A DNA stretch of 64,000 nt, taken from UHGV virus genome UHGV-1558314. One strand, 5' to 3'. The stretch's first letter is position 1, and every line of letters begins with the position of its first letter. The notes under the pieces were generated by a model. It searched no databases and was not told the DNA's origin. It saw only the letters and a list, made by a program, of their open reading frames with translations. The position numbers were made by a program, and so were the translations under genes. Source of the stretch: a virus. Shown piece by piece: positions 52,551-62,551 of the stretch.

Positions 52551-54479
52551 TTATCGAACATGCCAAAGAGTGTTCGACTTCACATTGACAGAGCTCTTAA
52601 AGTTATTATGACTACATAGCCAAACATGCGACTTATCAAGTTCTGCATAGGCATCTGACTTTAAGAATGCTTCAGAAGATTTGCTTGTCTGTTGCTTTGT
52701 CATTGATGCATCGCCTACAAGCATTGCAGTAGAGCCTTTGTACACTTGTTGCGCGTCATCTGCAATCAATGTAGCTTCAAACGGCTGTTGCTGCATAAGC
52801 AATGCAAGCGTAGACCTACATGCATCTTTGTCTACTCGTATATGTGTGATTTTGCCAGCAAAGCCATACAGCTGAACAATGTCTGAGTCATTTGACCAGT
52901 CATGCAAAATTGATGTAGACTTAACAACTTCTGTCAAGATTTGCATGTCATTGACTATGGTCGATGTTGACAAACTCAGTACAAGTTCAACGTCACCATT
53001 GTTAAGATTGCGTTGTCTAATGACTACGCCGTTCCAGCTCTTGCAAATCTTATCATCTACGCTTGCTAAGCTTTCGCCAGTTTTGACATCAAGCACATGT
53101 AACAAGCCAGATGACACTGCAAGCATCAATCTGCCAAGTCGCATCAGTTGCCATGATGCTGCTTGAGCTTTTGCATTGTCTTCAAGCATAAACAAGCAAC
53201 ATGCAGACCAATCTGACGTATCAAGTGATTTGACATACTCAACTGCAATGTCATTGCCAACTGCATTCATATCATAATATGCAGCAGACACTGGCACATA
53301 TTTGAACGACAGCGGTGATTCATTTACACTGACTGCTTTATGAATGAATCTACGATTAGTTTCGTACATGCTCAAGTCGACATGCATGTCATTAACAAAC
53401 ATATTGAGAGCAATGTCTTCGACTTGTTCAGTTGCAACTTTGTCTGCATCAAAAGTATCGAATGTTTTTGTGAGCTCGTCCAAATTAAGTATCTCTTTCA
53501 CATCATCAGCAACTTGCATCTTAGACTCGTCACGATATTCAGGTCGATGCTCATATGACTTCAATGTTAGCTCATAATATGGCGTTGATAACATAATGCC
53601 ATTTGGATGCTGCACAGATGCGACTTCAAGCATTCGATTTGCTATTGGCACGTAGCAATAGTCAAATTGCTGCGGCTGCTTGCCAATGCCAAATACTCGT
53701 TCATATTCTGCTTTTGGCACATGAGCTGTTATGCATTGTTCAAAATCAATGTCAAATGCGTCATATGTGACTTTGTTCGTGCTAAATTCATTGTCAACGA
53801 CCATCAACTTCAGCCACTTAACTGCGCCAGTATGAATCAAATCATATGCACGCAATGATGCAACACGATGTTCATCTGACACTTCATGACTAAACCAGAT
53901 AACAACATGACCAAGCTGACGATTCACAGCATTTACAATGTTGTCTTGCAATGCTATAGCATCTTGCATGTGCGTGTATGGATTGTACAGATGATTGTCT
54001 GATTCAATGACAATTGATGCTTGTTTTGCTGGTGCAAAAATCTCGTCAGCATATGTGACATTGTCAACAGACTCTTCATTGACTTTGATGTCTTCAAGCA
54101 CGTATGAGTCATGACGAACATTTGCTGCATCTGTCCATTGCTTGCGCCATGCAATATCAACAATCATAATGAACTTGACATACACTGGTTCGTCCGCAGT
54201 TGCATATGCAAGTACAAACTCATTCAAATGCGTTGCAGCATCATACACAGACCCAGGCTCAGACCACGTCTTGCCTACATCTACAGACCATTTGAACTGC
54301 ACATTGAGCATTGCATGACATTGCTCAGCATTGTCGACAAGCTCAATGTTATTCAATGAGCCTTTGATATCTGCAGCAAATTCAAGATACAGCGTAGAAT
54401 CTTGTCTTACGATGATGCAATCGTCATCAGCCCTTTGTGACACTGACTGCTTTGTTGATTCGTTTGATGACTTTGCCAT
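52551..54479 (-). CDS. hypothetical virion structural protein (642 aa)
   Basis: Long ORF directly upstream of the fibre genes; no confident motif. Confidence 0.45.
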   Translation of the reverse strand: MAKSSNESTKQSVSQRADDDCIIVRQDSTLYLEFAADIKGSLNNIELVDNAEQCHAMLNVQFKWSVDVGKTWSEPGSVYDAATHLNEFVLAYATADEPVYVKFIMIVDIAWRKQWTDAANVRHDSYVLEDIKVNEESVDNVTYADEIFAPAKQASIVIESDNHLYNPYTHMQDAIALQDNIVNAVNRQLGHVVIWFSHEVSDEHRVASLRAYDLIHTGAVKWLKLMVVDNEFSTNKVTYDAFDIDFEQCITAHVPKAEYERVFGIGKQPQQFDYCYVPIANRMLEVASVQHPNGIMLSTPYYELTLKSYEHRPEYRDESKMQVADDVKEILNLDELTKTFDTFDADKVATEQVEDIALNMFVNDMHVDLSMYETNRRFIHKAVSVNESPLSFKYVPVSAAYYDMNAVGNDIAVEYVKSLDTSDWSACCLFMLEDNAKAQAASWQLMRLGRLMLAVSSGLLHVLDVKTGESLASVDDKICKSWNGVVIRQRNLNNGDVELVLSLSTSTIVNDMQILTEVVKSTSILHDWSNDSDIVQLYGFAGKITHIRVDKDACRSTLALLMQQQPFEATLIADDAQQVYKGSTAMLVGDASMTKQQTSKSSEAFLKSDAYAELDKSHVWLCSHNNFKSSVNVKSNTLWHVR

Positions 54480-55977
54480 TTCGAGGATTTATGATTGCAA
54501 GTTCAATATCATAGTCGCCGATATGACGAAAATGATGTCTAAAAAGATATTTGTCAGATGTAGCTTCAATGACTCCACCAGATATTGCATTGCGATATGT
54601 GCATGTCCATTTGATGTCATGTGGAGCATAAGCATATGACAGCTCATCTGGGAAGCAGCACACTTGACTACCAACTGTCACAGTTGCGCCATTGTCAATC
54701 TTGCAAAACCTTGTATCATTTGGTCTACGTTGCACTGCATAGTGATGTTGACATTCAAACATATCTGATTTGATTGACAAAGTTTGCCAAGGTGATTCAA
54801 TGAGATATCGAGGCTTTTGAGACTCTTCACTTACAAGTTTACAATGTAACCCAAGATTTTCAAGCTCTTCAACAAGTTGAGTGTTTGCAATGTGTAGGGT
54901 GTAGTGTTTGTCATTTGTGTGTATTTCCACATCATGCTCAGTAGCATCAACGACATCTGCAATGATTGTCGCAGGCCAATTGCCAGTCAGCTCAAAGTCA
55001 TCAAATGAGAAATGCAAATCTGTTTTGACATGCAATTGTGCTCTGCTCATAGGCTCTTTGCTGTACGCATACAATGCCCATTGCATTGAATTGTCAAGCA
55101 TCTGAATTTCTTGCACAGACCATGTAAACTTCACAAATTGTGAATCTGCTTGCAATTCACAGTAGTCATTGATTTGCTTGAGCAAGTCTTTAACATCTGT
55201 GTATGCAATGTTGACTTCATCTGCGTCAACTTGAACGCCATCGACATCGACAAACTCAGACATCGACATTGCAAACGTGCCAGCACCTTCAATATCAATT
55301 TGCATGTTCAGATATGTTGAGCCGTACTGCAACAATCGCATGCAATCAGAATCAATAAGTTTGATGTCATTCAAATGGTCAAGCCATAGAACATTTGATT
55401 GCGCCTTGTCAAGATTGTAGAGCCATTTTATGATTGAGCCGTCTTTTTTGACATTTTCTGGGTCAAATACGTTAGGGTCTGGGTAGCTCATGAAATCTGG
55501 CACACCCAATGCTTTGCGTGTGCTATAGAACAATGTAGCATTGTTCATGCCTGCAATGTCAATAGACTCATCAGGCTCTTGAAGCTTTGCAGCAATTTGA
55601 GACAATGAATTGCCAGCATATGACTGCTCAAGTGAATGTAGTTTGCAGTCTGCAATAGCAATGACGAAGTTTGCTTGCAATTCTACGATGTTCAGTGTGC
55701 GTTTGAACACTTGCACTTGACCATAGCAATCTTTGAGAGTCAACACAAGTTCATATGCACCTGCAGTTGTTATGCCAAGCTTAAGATGCTGTTGAACATC
55801 AAGATACGTTCTGTCAAACACAAGCTTGCCAGATTCATCATAGATTTCATATGTAGCTTCTCTACAATTTTGTATGAGCGCAGATAAGTCTGCGTCTTTT
55901 GATGACCATGCTGCAATTGAAATGTCTATAATTGCTACATTGTCTCTGTAAAAAAGCCCTATAGGTTGCGGATTCAT
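54427..55977 (-). CDS. hypothetical virion structural protein (516 aa)
   Basis: ORF track. Confidence 0.45.
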   Translation of the reverse strand: MNPQPIGLFYRDNVAIIDISIAAWSSKDADLSALIQNCREATYEIYDESGKLVFDRTYLDVQQHLKLGITTAGAYELVLTLKDCYGQVQVFKRTLNIVELQANFVIAIADCKLHSLEQSYAGNSLSQIAAKLQEPDESIDIAGMNNATLFYSTRKALGVPDFMSYPDPNVFDPENVKKDGSIIKWLYNLDKAQSNVLWLDHLNDIKLIDSDCMRLLQYGSTYLNMQIDIEGAGTFAMSMSEFVDVDGVQVDADEVNIAYTDVKDLLKQINDYCELQADSQFVKFTWSVQEIQMLDNSMQWALYAYSKEPMSRAQLHVKTDLHFSFDDFELTGNWPATIIADVVDATEHDVEIHTNDKHYTLHIANTQLVEELENLGLHCKLVSEESQKPRYLIESPWQTLSIKSDMFECQHHYAVQRRPNDTRFCKIDNGATVTVGSQVCCFPDELSYAYAPHDIKWTCTYRNAISGGVIEATSDKYLFRHHFRHIGDYDIELAIINPRNGKVIKRINKAVSVTKG

Positions 55978-55988
55978 TATATTGCAGT

Positions 55989-56438
55989 CTATTGATGATT
56001 GTTGTTATCGCACTTATTGAGCAACTGGTCATAATACGTTTGCTCTGTCTTACGCTGCTGTTCTATCAAAATGATGATTTGTTCCATCTGAATTTCAAAC
56101 GCGGCGTTTTTGCGAACAAGTGCCTTATGTTGCTCAGCAGTCAATGATGCGTCAAGAATATCCAACATATCTGCATAATATGCAGCAATAATTTTGTTGT
56201 ATTGCTGCATTGCAGTTTGCAATGACTCAAATGACTGGTCAGATAATGTTGACAAAATCTGAACATGCATTTTGTCTGTCAAGCCAATTTTTGCTTGCAG
56301 CAAATCACGTTCTGCTGAATGCTTTCTGTCAATGTTGATGATAAACATCATCAAAATCATCAATACAAAAGCTATAACAGTCTTGTAGTTCTTGTCATCA
56401 ATGAATCGCAGCAAAAATATGTCTAAAAACTTTTCCAT
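55989..56438 (-). CDS. hypothetical protein with N-terminal TM segment (149 aa)
   Basis: ORF track; VIAFVLMILMMFIINI hydrophobic segment. Confidence 0.4.
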   Translation of the reverse strand: MEKFLDIFLLRFIDDKNYKTVIAFVLMILMMFIINIDRKHSAERDLLQAKIGLTDKMHVQILSTLSDQSFESLQTAMQQYNKIIAAYYADMLDILDASLTAEQHKALVRKNAAFEIQMEQIIILIEQQRKTEQTYYDQLLNKCDNNNHQ

Positions 56439-56440
56439 TG

Positions 56441-57790
56441 TTACTCTGCGATTTCCCAGATTCGTGTTCGTTTATTTGCTATGCTTCGTACAACAGCATC
56501 ATCACCTATGTGAACATCCAATGCTCGATTTGACGTCAATGTGATGTTCTTTGTGCCACCAGGCTGCTCAAATGACAAGTTAGCTTTGTCAAGTTCAAGC
56601 AATGGGGCCAAGTCCATGCTTTGGTCAATAAGCCAATCAAAGTACTCAGCGTCAATTTGTGTCGTGTCAATGTCTGCTTCAGTTACTACAAAAATGTCAT
56701 TAAGCTTGTTTGGTCTAACAGTGTCACCAATTGGCTCAAATGCAGTGCTTGACAGAAGCATTGTATGTGGACGAATGTAAATGATGTCTTCATCTACAAA
56801 TGCATTCATATCTTTGACGACAATTTGTGCTGCAGGAGTGTATGGCTTTGACGTCACAATTTCTGCATTGTCTGAGCCATACAAATACCGAGCCATGTAG
56901 GATGCAAAAACATCAATGCTGACATCTGCAAAATGAATGTGCTCTGGCAAAAAGACATCTTCAAGAATCATGACAAGATACTGCAGCTTCAGCAACAAAT
57001 CTTGATTGTCTGCCATGTTCTTGACAAATTCAGGCATGCCACAATTCAGATATTTGCCAGACGCTTCATTGTATTCATAGGTCAATTGCAGCAAATTTGT
57101 GCGTTTGTACATGCCTGCGTATGGCGAAATGTCATCTTGCAATGACAATAATGTTCTGTTGTTGCCATCAAGTGATTTGAGCACTTCATAGATGCGAACA
57201 GCTTCACTGTAGCCAAGCCAGTCTAATGCAGCATGCAACCCATTGTATGTACCAAGCTTACTGTCAATGTCATCTCGTCGTATGAGCCACTCTCTTGCTT
57301 TGCTATTCTGCAATATGAAGTCAACGACATCTTGTCGAATGTCATTCAGCATCAATGCTTTGTTGTAGTACTCAAGATAGTCATGACCCATATTAGACAT
57401 CATGACAAGCAAGCGTTCATCTGCGTCAACGACTGTAGCAGTCACATTGACATGCAATGCAATGCCATCAACGACAACTTCAATTGCACAAACATTATTG
57501 CCAACATCAACAGCGTTGAATATGATGTTTGCAATCATATCATTGTTGACAAGATGTCGAGTAGTCTTATCTACAAGCAGCAATTCATTGTTCTCGTCAA
57601 CTGCAAAGAAACTCAATGCAGATGATAGCAATCTGACTGTGCATTCAACATTGTCTGAAAACAATGATGCAATGTTATATGTGCCCTTTGACACATTGCC
57701 AAGCTCTATGTTAGCGCCGTCATAGATGCGCTTGCCGAATCTGTCAAAAATGTTTATTGCAGCCATGTTACAGTTTCTTATCGATGTCAA
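56441..57790 (-). CDS. hypothetical virion structural protein (449 aa)
   Basis: ORF track. Confidence 0.45.
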   Translation of the reverse strand: MTSIRNCNMAAINIFDRFGKRIYDGANIELGNVSKGTYNIASLFSDNVECTVRLLSSALSFFAVDENNELLLVDKTTRHLVNNDMIANIIFNAVDVGNNVCAIEVVVDGIALHVNVTATVVDADERLLVMMSNMGHDYLEYYNKALMLNDIRQDVVDFILQNSKAREWLIRRDDIDSKLGTYNGLHAALDWLGYSEAVRIYEVLKSLDGNNRTLLSLQDDISPYAGMYKRTNLLQLTYEYNEASGKYLNCGMPEFVKNMADNQDLLLKLQYLVMILEDVFLPEHIHFADVSIDVFASYMARYLYGSDNAEIVTSKPYTPAAQIVVKDMNAFVDEDIIYIRPHTMLLSSTAFEPIGDTVRPNKLNDIFVVTEADIDTTQIDAEYFDWLIDQSMDLAPLLELDKANLSFEQPGGTKNITLTSNRALDVHIGDDAVVRSIANKRTRIWEIAE

Positions 57791-58010
57791 AGTATGACGT
57801 AAAGCGATTCACAAATTCAACAAACAAAATCGACAATGCATCACACATGCCAATGAGAGTTGACACGCCAAAATACGCTGCAACTCTTGTGCTCTTATTG
57901 AACACTACTCTACTATATACGCCACTCTGCCATGATGGCTTTGCGGTGACAAGCATTGATTGCTTGATTTTGTCTCTTGTTGTGAAATTCGATTGCATAT
58001 TTGTGAATCA

Positions 58011-59621
58011 TCAACATTCTACATACGAGCCATCAGTGTTTTCAACAAGCACTTTGATGCTCAAGCCCACATCTGTGCCTTGCTGACTTCTTATCAATGG
58101 CACAATGTTTTTTGATTGTGGTGCAATGTTGCCCATATTGTCAATGTGCTCGTCATTGCCAATAAACTGTACATCCACTGATTTGATGACATCAAGCTCT
58201 TCAAGTTTTGCAATTGCAGCAGAACGACTAACGAATGTCGATGCATTTGACCATGAGTCTTCTACAAATGTTTTTGCAGCATCAAGCAATTGCTGCTTGA
58301 CGTCTTCTATATTTTGCAGTACTGCGGTCTTTTTGACAAGAATGAGCATCTGATAAAATTCAAGTTGCACAGTGTCAAATTGTACATCAGTTAGCAGCAC
58401 ATAGTCACCAGTGTTTTCAATAGCATTGTTCAGATATTGTCTATCTATAGAGTCAATCGTAAATTCTGCTATTGGCAATGACCAGTAGTCATACACTATT
58501 GAGCCTGCTTTGACATACTTGTCTGCAATGTTGGGCACCAGTACAACATGAATTGTCTGAGTCTCTGTATTTGACCAGACATCAAGTATCTTATACTGGC
58601 CAAAACGTGACATGAATGCTCTGATTGAATCTGCTGAGTGCAACACAAGTGCCCTGTTAATTGAGCCTGCATGTGAACGTATCGATTCGATGTCTTCACC
58701 ATTGTAACCACCTACAATGTCTGTCAACTGTTCAATGACTAATACACCCTTTGGGCTTACAGCAGTAGTGTTTGCATCATACATGCCATTGACCCATTCA
58801 AATGTTGCATCATTGTCAATCAAAATGTTTCCTGCATAGCCCTCACATGCAGTGTATTCTACATTGACGACTGCATTTTGTGCAGGAATTTGACCAGCAG
58901 TACCATTGCCAAACACAATCTGTAGTTTGCCATCATATGACCAGCGTTCAATGTACCCCTTGCTGTATCGGTCCATTTCATCAAACCCTGCATAGCAAGT
59001 CCACAGCTCATTGCCAACTGTGACAGTCAATGAATCCTCAGACACAATCAAGTTGCGCTCTTCGATAGTGAATGTTGTCATTGACTCACCATCAGAAATA
59101 TATTGCTGAGACTTGCGTTCACCTTGTCTAACTGCGAATTCATATCGTACACCCGTCAACTCATTGTTGATGTTGAGTTGCGCAAAGTCTTGATGCATGT
59201 CGATGTAGTACATCAGCGAGTTCTCTTTGCATTTAATTGCAGCATATCGCTTAATGAACACAGTCGGGCCAAGCTCTTTAACTGCGTCATATGAAAAACT
59301 TAATGCAATTTTGCCTGATGCTGCAATGCCACCAACACATTTGTAGCATGCAAGCTGCGCAAGACCTCGTACAGATGCAGTTTGTTCTGCAGTAAGCAAG
59401 TTGTTTTCTTTTGTGCCTACTACAATTTGCGTAAAGATGAGTGACGCAAGTTCTCTGAAACTCTGAACAAGAATTCCAAAAATTGTATATTTGCCATACT
59501 GCTTCTTTGTAGAGTTCAGCAAATTCTGCAGCCAAGTATCTATAGACTGTGACACGCCTGAATATGACATTTGCATTTTCTGCATCCATGTCATATTGTC
59601 ACGAGTGTTATTTGTGCGCAT
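58011..59621 (-). CDS. hypothetical virion structural protein (about 536 aa; start reassigned)
   Basis: ORF 58011..59723 begins by translating the tandem DNA repeats (MCAYSKRLILICAHSKR...), so the start is moved to an internal Met (MRTNNTRDNMTWMQKM...). Confidence 0.4.
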   Translation of the reverse strand: MRTNNTRDNMTWMQKMQMSYSGVSQSIDTWLQNLLNSTKKQYGKYTIFGILVQSFRELASLIFTQIVVGTKENNLLTAEQTASVRGLAQLACYKCVGGIAASGKIALSFSYDAVKELGPTVFIKRYAAIKCKENSLMYYIDMHQDFAQLNINNELTGVRYEFAVRQGERKSQQYISDGESMTTFTIEERNLIVSEDSLTVTVGNELWTCYAGFDEMDRYSKGYIERWSYDGKLQIVFGNGTAGQIPAQNAVVNVEYTACEGYAGNILIDNDATFEWVNGMYDANTTAVSPKGVLVIEQLTDIVGGYNGEDIESIRSHAGSINRALVLHSADSIRAFMSRFGQYKILDVWSNTETQTIHVVLVPNIADKYVKAGSIVYDYWSLPIAEFTIDSIDRQYLNNAIENTGDYVLLTDVQFDTVQLEFYQMLILVKKTAVLQNIEDVKQQLLDAAKTFVEDSWSNASTFVSRSAAIAKLEELDVIKSVDVQFIGNDEHIDNMGNIAPQSKNIVPLIRSQQGTDVGLSIKVLVENTDGSYVEC

Positions 59622-59648
59622 ATCAGTTAATTTGTTTGTATATGTATT

Positions 59649-59722
59649 CGAATGTGCACACATGAGAATAGGTCTCTTCGAATGTGCACATATGAGAATA
59701 AGTCTCTTCGAATATGCGCACA
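59649..59722. repeat. tandem direct repeat (30-bp unit, about 2.5 copies) with TGTGCACA palindromes
   Basis: cgaatgtgcacacatgagaataggtctctt / cgaatgtgcacatatgagaataagtctctt / cgaatatgcgcaca; related atttgtgcgcatatc at 59611-59625. Confidence 0.8.
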
Positions 59723-59752
59723 AAAAGAAGAGCTTGCATATGCAAGCTCTTC
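59719..59752 (-). terminator. rho-independent terminator (26-bp perfect palindrome) followed by TTTTTGTG
   Basis: GAAGAGCTTGCATATGCAAGCTCTTC, downstream of gene 59795..60178. Confidence 0.55.
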
Positions 59753-59794
59753 CATCGCCAAAACCTATCTAATTATGGAAACACCTCTGAAAGG

Positions 59795-60178
59795 TCAAAT
59801 TATGAATCGTTTTGTGATTGGCCTGAAGTCTTCTGGCAAATCATAACGTTTTGTGATTGTTACATCGCAAACAAGCAAATCGTTCATTTGTGTAGCAGAT
59901 TTTGTAATGAAACAGTTGACAGACCATTCAAACAAATGCTGCGTAACGCTATAGTTTTTGAGTGCAGTAATGATATGTGATTGAATTGTTGCTGTCGAAA
60001 TGCTTCTGTGATAAAGCGCAGCATCAATCTTCTCGACATCAAACATAATGTCAATTTCATTCAAAAAGACACGCAATGAATCTGTTGTTTGCAATTCATC
60101 ATCTTCTTGAGTTTCTACAAAGTCAATACCTTGTAGCTCTTGTGACATTTGTGATGTATCGAAACGATTATCTGACAT
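59795..60178 (-). CDS. hypothetical protein (127 aa)
   Basis: ORF track. Confidence 0.4.
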   Translation of the reverse strand: MSDNRFDTSQMSQELQGIDFVETQEDDELQTTDSLRVFLNEIDIMFDVEKIDAALYHRSISTATIQSHIITALKNYSVTQHLFEWSVNCFITKSATQMNDLLVCDVTITKRYDLPEDFRPITKRFII

Positions 60179-60184
60179 GATATG

Positions 60185-61495
60185 CTATGCTGTTTGTTGA
60201 ACATTGACAGTCACAAGCACCTGTTTACCAGGCTCCTGCGATTTCATTTGACGTGACACTTCAATGAATGCATCAAGCAATTGCGCAGGTGAAACAGTCA
60301 TGCCTTGCTCCATAAGCTGCTTACGCAATGCTGCGATTTGCTGACTTGCATTTTGGTCATTGCCAATTGACAACATTAGTGAATCAAGTCGACGTCCAAG
60401 TTCTGCAACTTTAAGTTGAATTGACTGCAATTGCGATGCTGAATCTGCAAGTTGACTGATAGCTTGCATGTACAAATCAAGCGACACGCCATCAATGTTC
60501 GACACTTCAATTGGTGCAAGGCCGACATTGCATGAGCTTACTCGAGTGCAAATGCGAAATGCGATTGCATTTGCAGAGCCATCATCAGACATTGCTTTCT
60601 TAACAAAGCGTTGCATGCTATAGCCTCTGCCACCTGATTCTTCATATCGATTGACAAAGAACAATGAGTGCAAGCATCGTGTTTTGATAGATGGATTTGA
60701 CTGCAGCCAAACATCACAATACAATGCAATGCAATTGAATTCAATGTCTTCATTGAATGTTTCATAATCTGAGAACTGCAGCTTCAATCTGTCAACTGCA
60801 CGGCTCAAACTGTATCGACTTGCAGGTTCTACGACATCTGCATTGTCATAGATTGCTTTTGTGAATGTCGTGTCGCCATCTTCAAGACCTTGCGCGTTTT
60901 CTTGAAATGTTTCTGGCACATAGCCAACTTCAATGTCTGGATATGTTGCAGCAGTCCACTTTGCATTGCATCGCTTTGCATTTGCAGGTATGTACAGATA
61001 CTGTTCTGTGTATGACATGCCGTTAAGCTCAACTACACCAAAATCTATCGCATTGCCAATGTATGTAACAAGCGGCTGCCAATCTGAACGTTGCACGAAT
61101 GCTGCGCCATCTGCAGTAGACTCAAGTTCAAGAGCAGAAGCCTTTTGAAACATCTTCCACAACGCAGATTCTGTGAATGTTTCATTGGCAGACTCCAGCA
61201 ATGACGTTGCAAGCAATGAGCAGTTGTCGAGGTAGTTTTGACACAATGCTGGCACAAGAGCATTGGCGTCTTCGACCATCGTAGTGTCATTGAACTCTGA
61301 TGGATGCACAAAGAACTTTTGCCCATTGTGCTCAGCGTCATTGTACCAATCTGGAATGTTCAAACAAGCAAACACAGATGGTGACACGACAATGTCGTGA
61401 TTTAATGTCGCATTTGTCAGTAGCGTATTTGTGTCAGTGAACACAAGTACAGTGCCTTGTGTTAACTTTAACGGGTCGAAAACGGAAACTCTCAT
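60185..61495 (-). CDS. hypothetical virion structural protein (436 aa)
   Basis: ORF track. Confidence 0.45.
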   Translation of the reverse strand: MRVSVFDPLKLTQGTVLVFTDTNTLLTNATLNHDIVVSPSVFACLNIPDWYNDAEHNGQKFFVHPSEFNDTTMVEDANALVPALCQNYLDNCSLLATSLLESANETFTESALWKMFQKASALELESTADGAAFVQRSDWQPLVTYIGNAIDFGVVELNGMSYTEQYLYIPANAKRCNAKWTAATYPDIEVGYVPETFQENAQGLEDGDTTFTKAIYDNADVVEPASRYSLSRAVDRLKLQFSDYETFNEDIEFNCIALYCDVWLQSNPSIKTRCLHSLFFVNRYEESGGRGYSMQRFVKKAMSDDGSANAIAFRICTRVSSCNVGLAPIEVSNIDGVSLDLYMQAISQLADSASQLQSIQLKVAELGRRLDSLMLSIGNDQNASQQIAALRKQLMEQGMTVSPAQLLDAFIEVSRQMKSQEPGKQVLVTVNVQQTA

Positions 61496-61497
61496 TG

Positions 61498-61932
61498 TTA
61501 TAAAATTGTCAATCGATGCTCTGCATCAGTTTGCTCACTGTTAAATGTCACTGTCACTGAGTGCTCAGTGTCATTGAAACTTGCAATGCATTCATGCTCA
61601 ATGCCTGCAATTCGCAAATGCACATCAGCAAAAGTCTTGTCAATTGTTGATTTGATGACATACACATATTGCGGTGCTTGTGATTCAAGTCGAGTAACAG
61701 TCACATACTGATTGTCTACTTGCTCTTCACTATTTACAAGCTCAGTCAATGTTGGCTTTACTACACTGACATGTGCAAACTGCAATGCTTTAAGTACTGC
61801 TTTGCTTCTTGAATCTACTTGTTGCTGATTTGACACCAGCAGTTTGATTGCAGAGTATGGTGTCTCTACATTAGCATCAATAGTATTGAGTGCAATAGGC
61901 TTTACAGTAGCCAAAAATTCTGCAAGTGTCAT
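61498..61932 (-). CDS. hypothetical protein (144 aa)
   Basis: ORF track. Confidence 0.4.
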   Translation of the reverse strand: MTLAEFLATVKPIALNTIDANVETPYSAIKLLVSNQQQVDSRSKAVLKALQFAHVSVVKPTLTELVNSEEQVDNQYVTVTRLESQAPQYVYVIKSTIDKTFADVHLRIAGIEHECIASFNDTEHSVTVTFNSEQTDAEHRLTIL

Positions 61933-61933
61933 A

Positions 61934-62464
61934 TTATGAAAGCTGAGCCGTAGTGTACCAAGTTAAGTCAGATTCATTGTACGTCAATGCAATTGTAAGA
62001 GCTTGACCAAGTTGCTGTGACAATTGCTTACATGAATCAATGAATGCTTGCATATCTGCATATGACTTTGTGTAGAACATGCCCCATTCTGTTGTATTGA
62101 CTGCGACATTATGAACATCTGCAAGATGACAGACTTCTACAGATGATACATTAAAGTCTGAGCCATCTTCATCAACATGATGCACATTGTTTGCGCACCA
62201 ATACTGATACAAACGAGCTTTGTCTGATGCAGTCATGTCAAACTGCATGCGTTGAGCAATTGATTCATCGACATTATCAATGAATTGCTTTGCTGACTTT
62301 GATTCAAGCATCGCATGATGCAGTGTATGATTTGCATGCCAGTCTGGAGTGCCGATTGCTACGCTAAGCTGATTTTCAAACACAAATTGTTGTGCTTGAG
62401 CTTCTTCGTAGCATTGTGTCCATGTCTTTGTCATGTTGTTTATCTTAAGTTTGTATATGTACAA
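61934..62464 (-). CDS. hypothetical protein (176 aa)
   Basis: ORF track. Confidence 0.4.
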   Translation of the reverse strand: MYIYKLKINNMTKTWTQCYEEAQAQQFVFENQLSVAIGTPDWHANHTLHHAMLESKSAKQFIDNVDESIAQRMQFDMTASDKARLYQYWCANNVHHVDEDGSDFNVSSVEVCHLADVHNVAVNTTEWGMFYTKSYADMQAFIDSCKQLSQQLGQALTIALTYNESDLTWYTTAQLS

Positions 62465-62490
62465 ATAATGTTGATGTTGTATTGAAGCAT

Positions 62491-62533
62491 CGCAAAATAA
62501 GGCCAGACTACTCGGTTGAGCTTGCCTGGCCTT
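62491..62533 (-). terminator. putative terminator after sigma factor gene
   Basis: 8-bp stem AAGGCCAG / CTGGCCTT with long loop, followed on the minus strand by TTATTTTG. Confidence 0.35.
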
Positions 62534-62551
62534 TCAAATGCATTTTGCTTA

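Noticed and set aside
58011-59723. N-terminus MCAYSKRLILICAHSKRPILMCAHS of ORF 58011..59723
   Set aside because: This peptide is the in-frame translation of the tandem 30-bp DNA repeats at 59649-59722; the start was moved to an internal Met downstream of the repeats.
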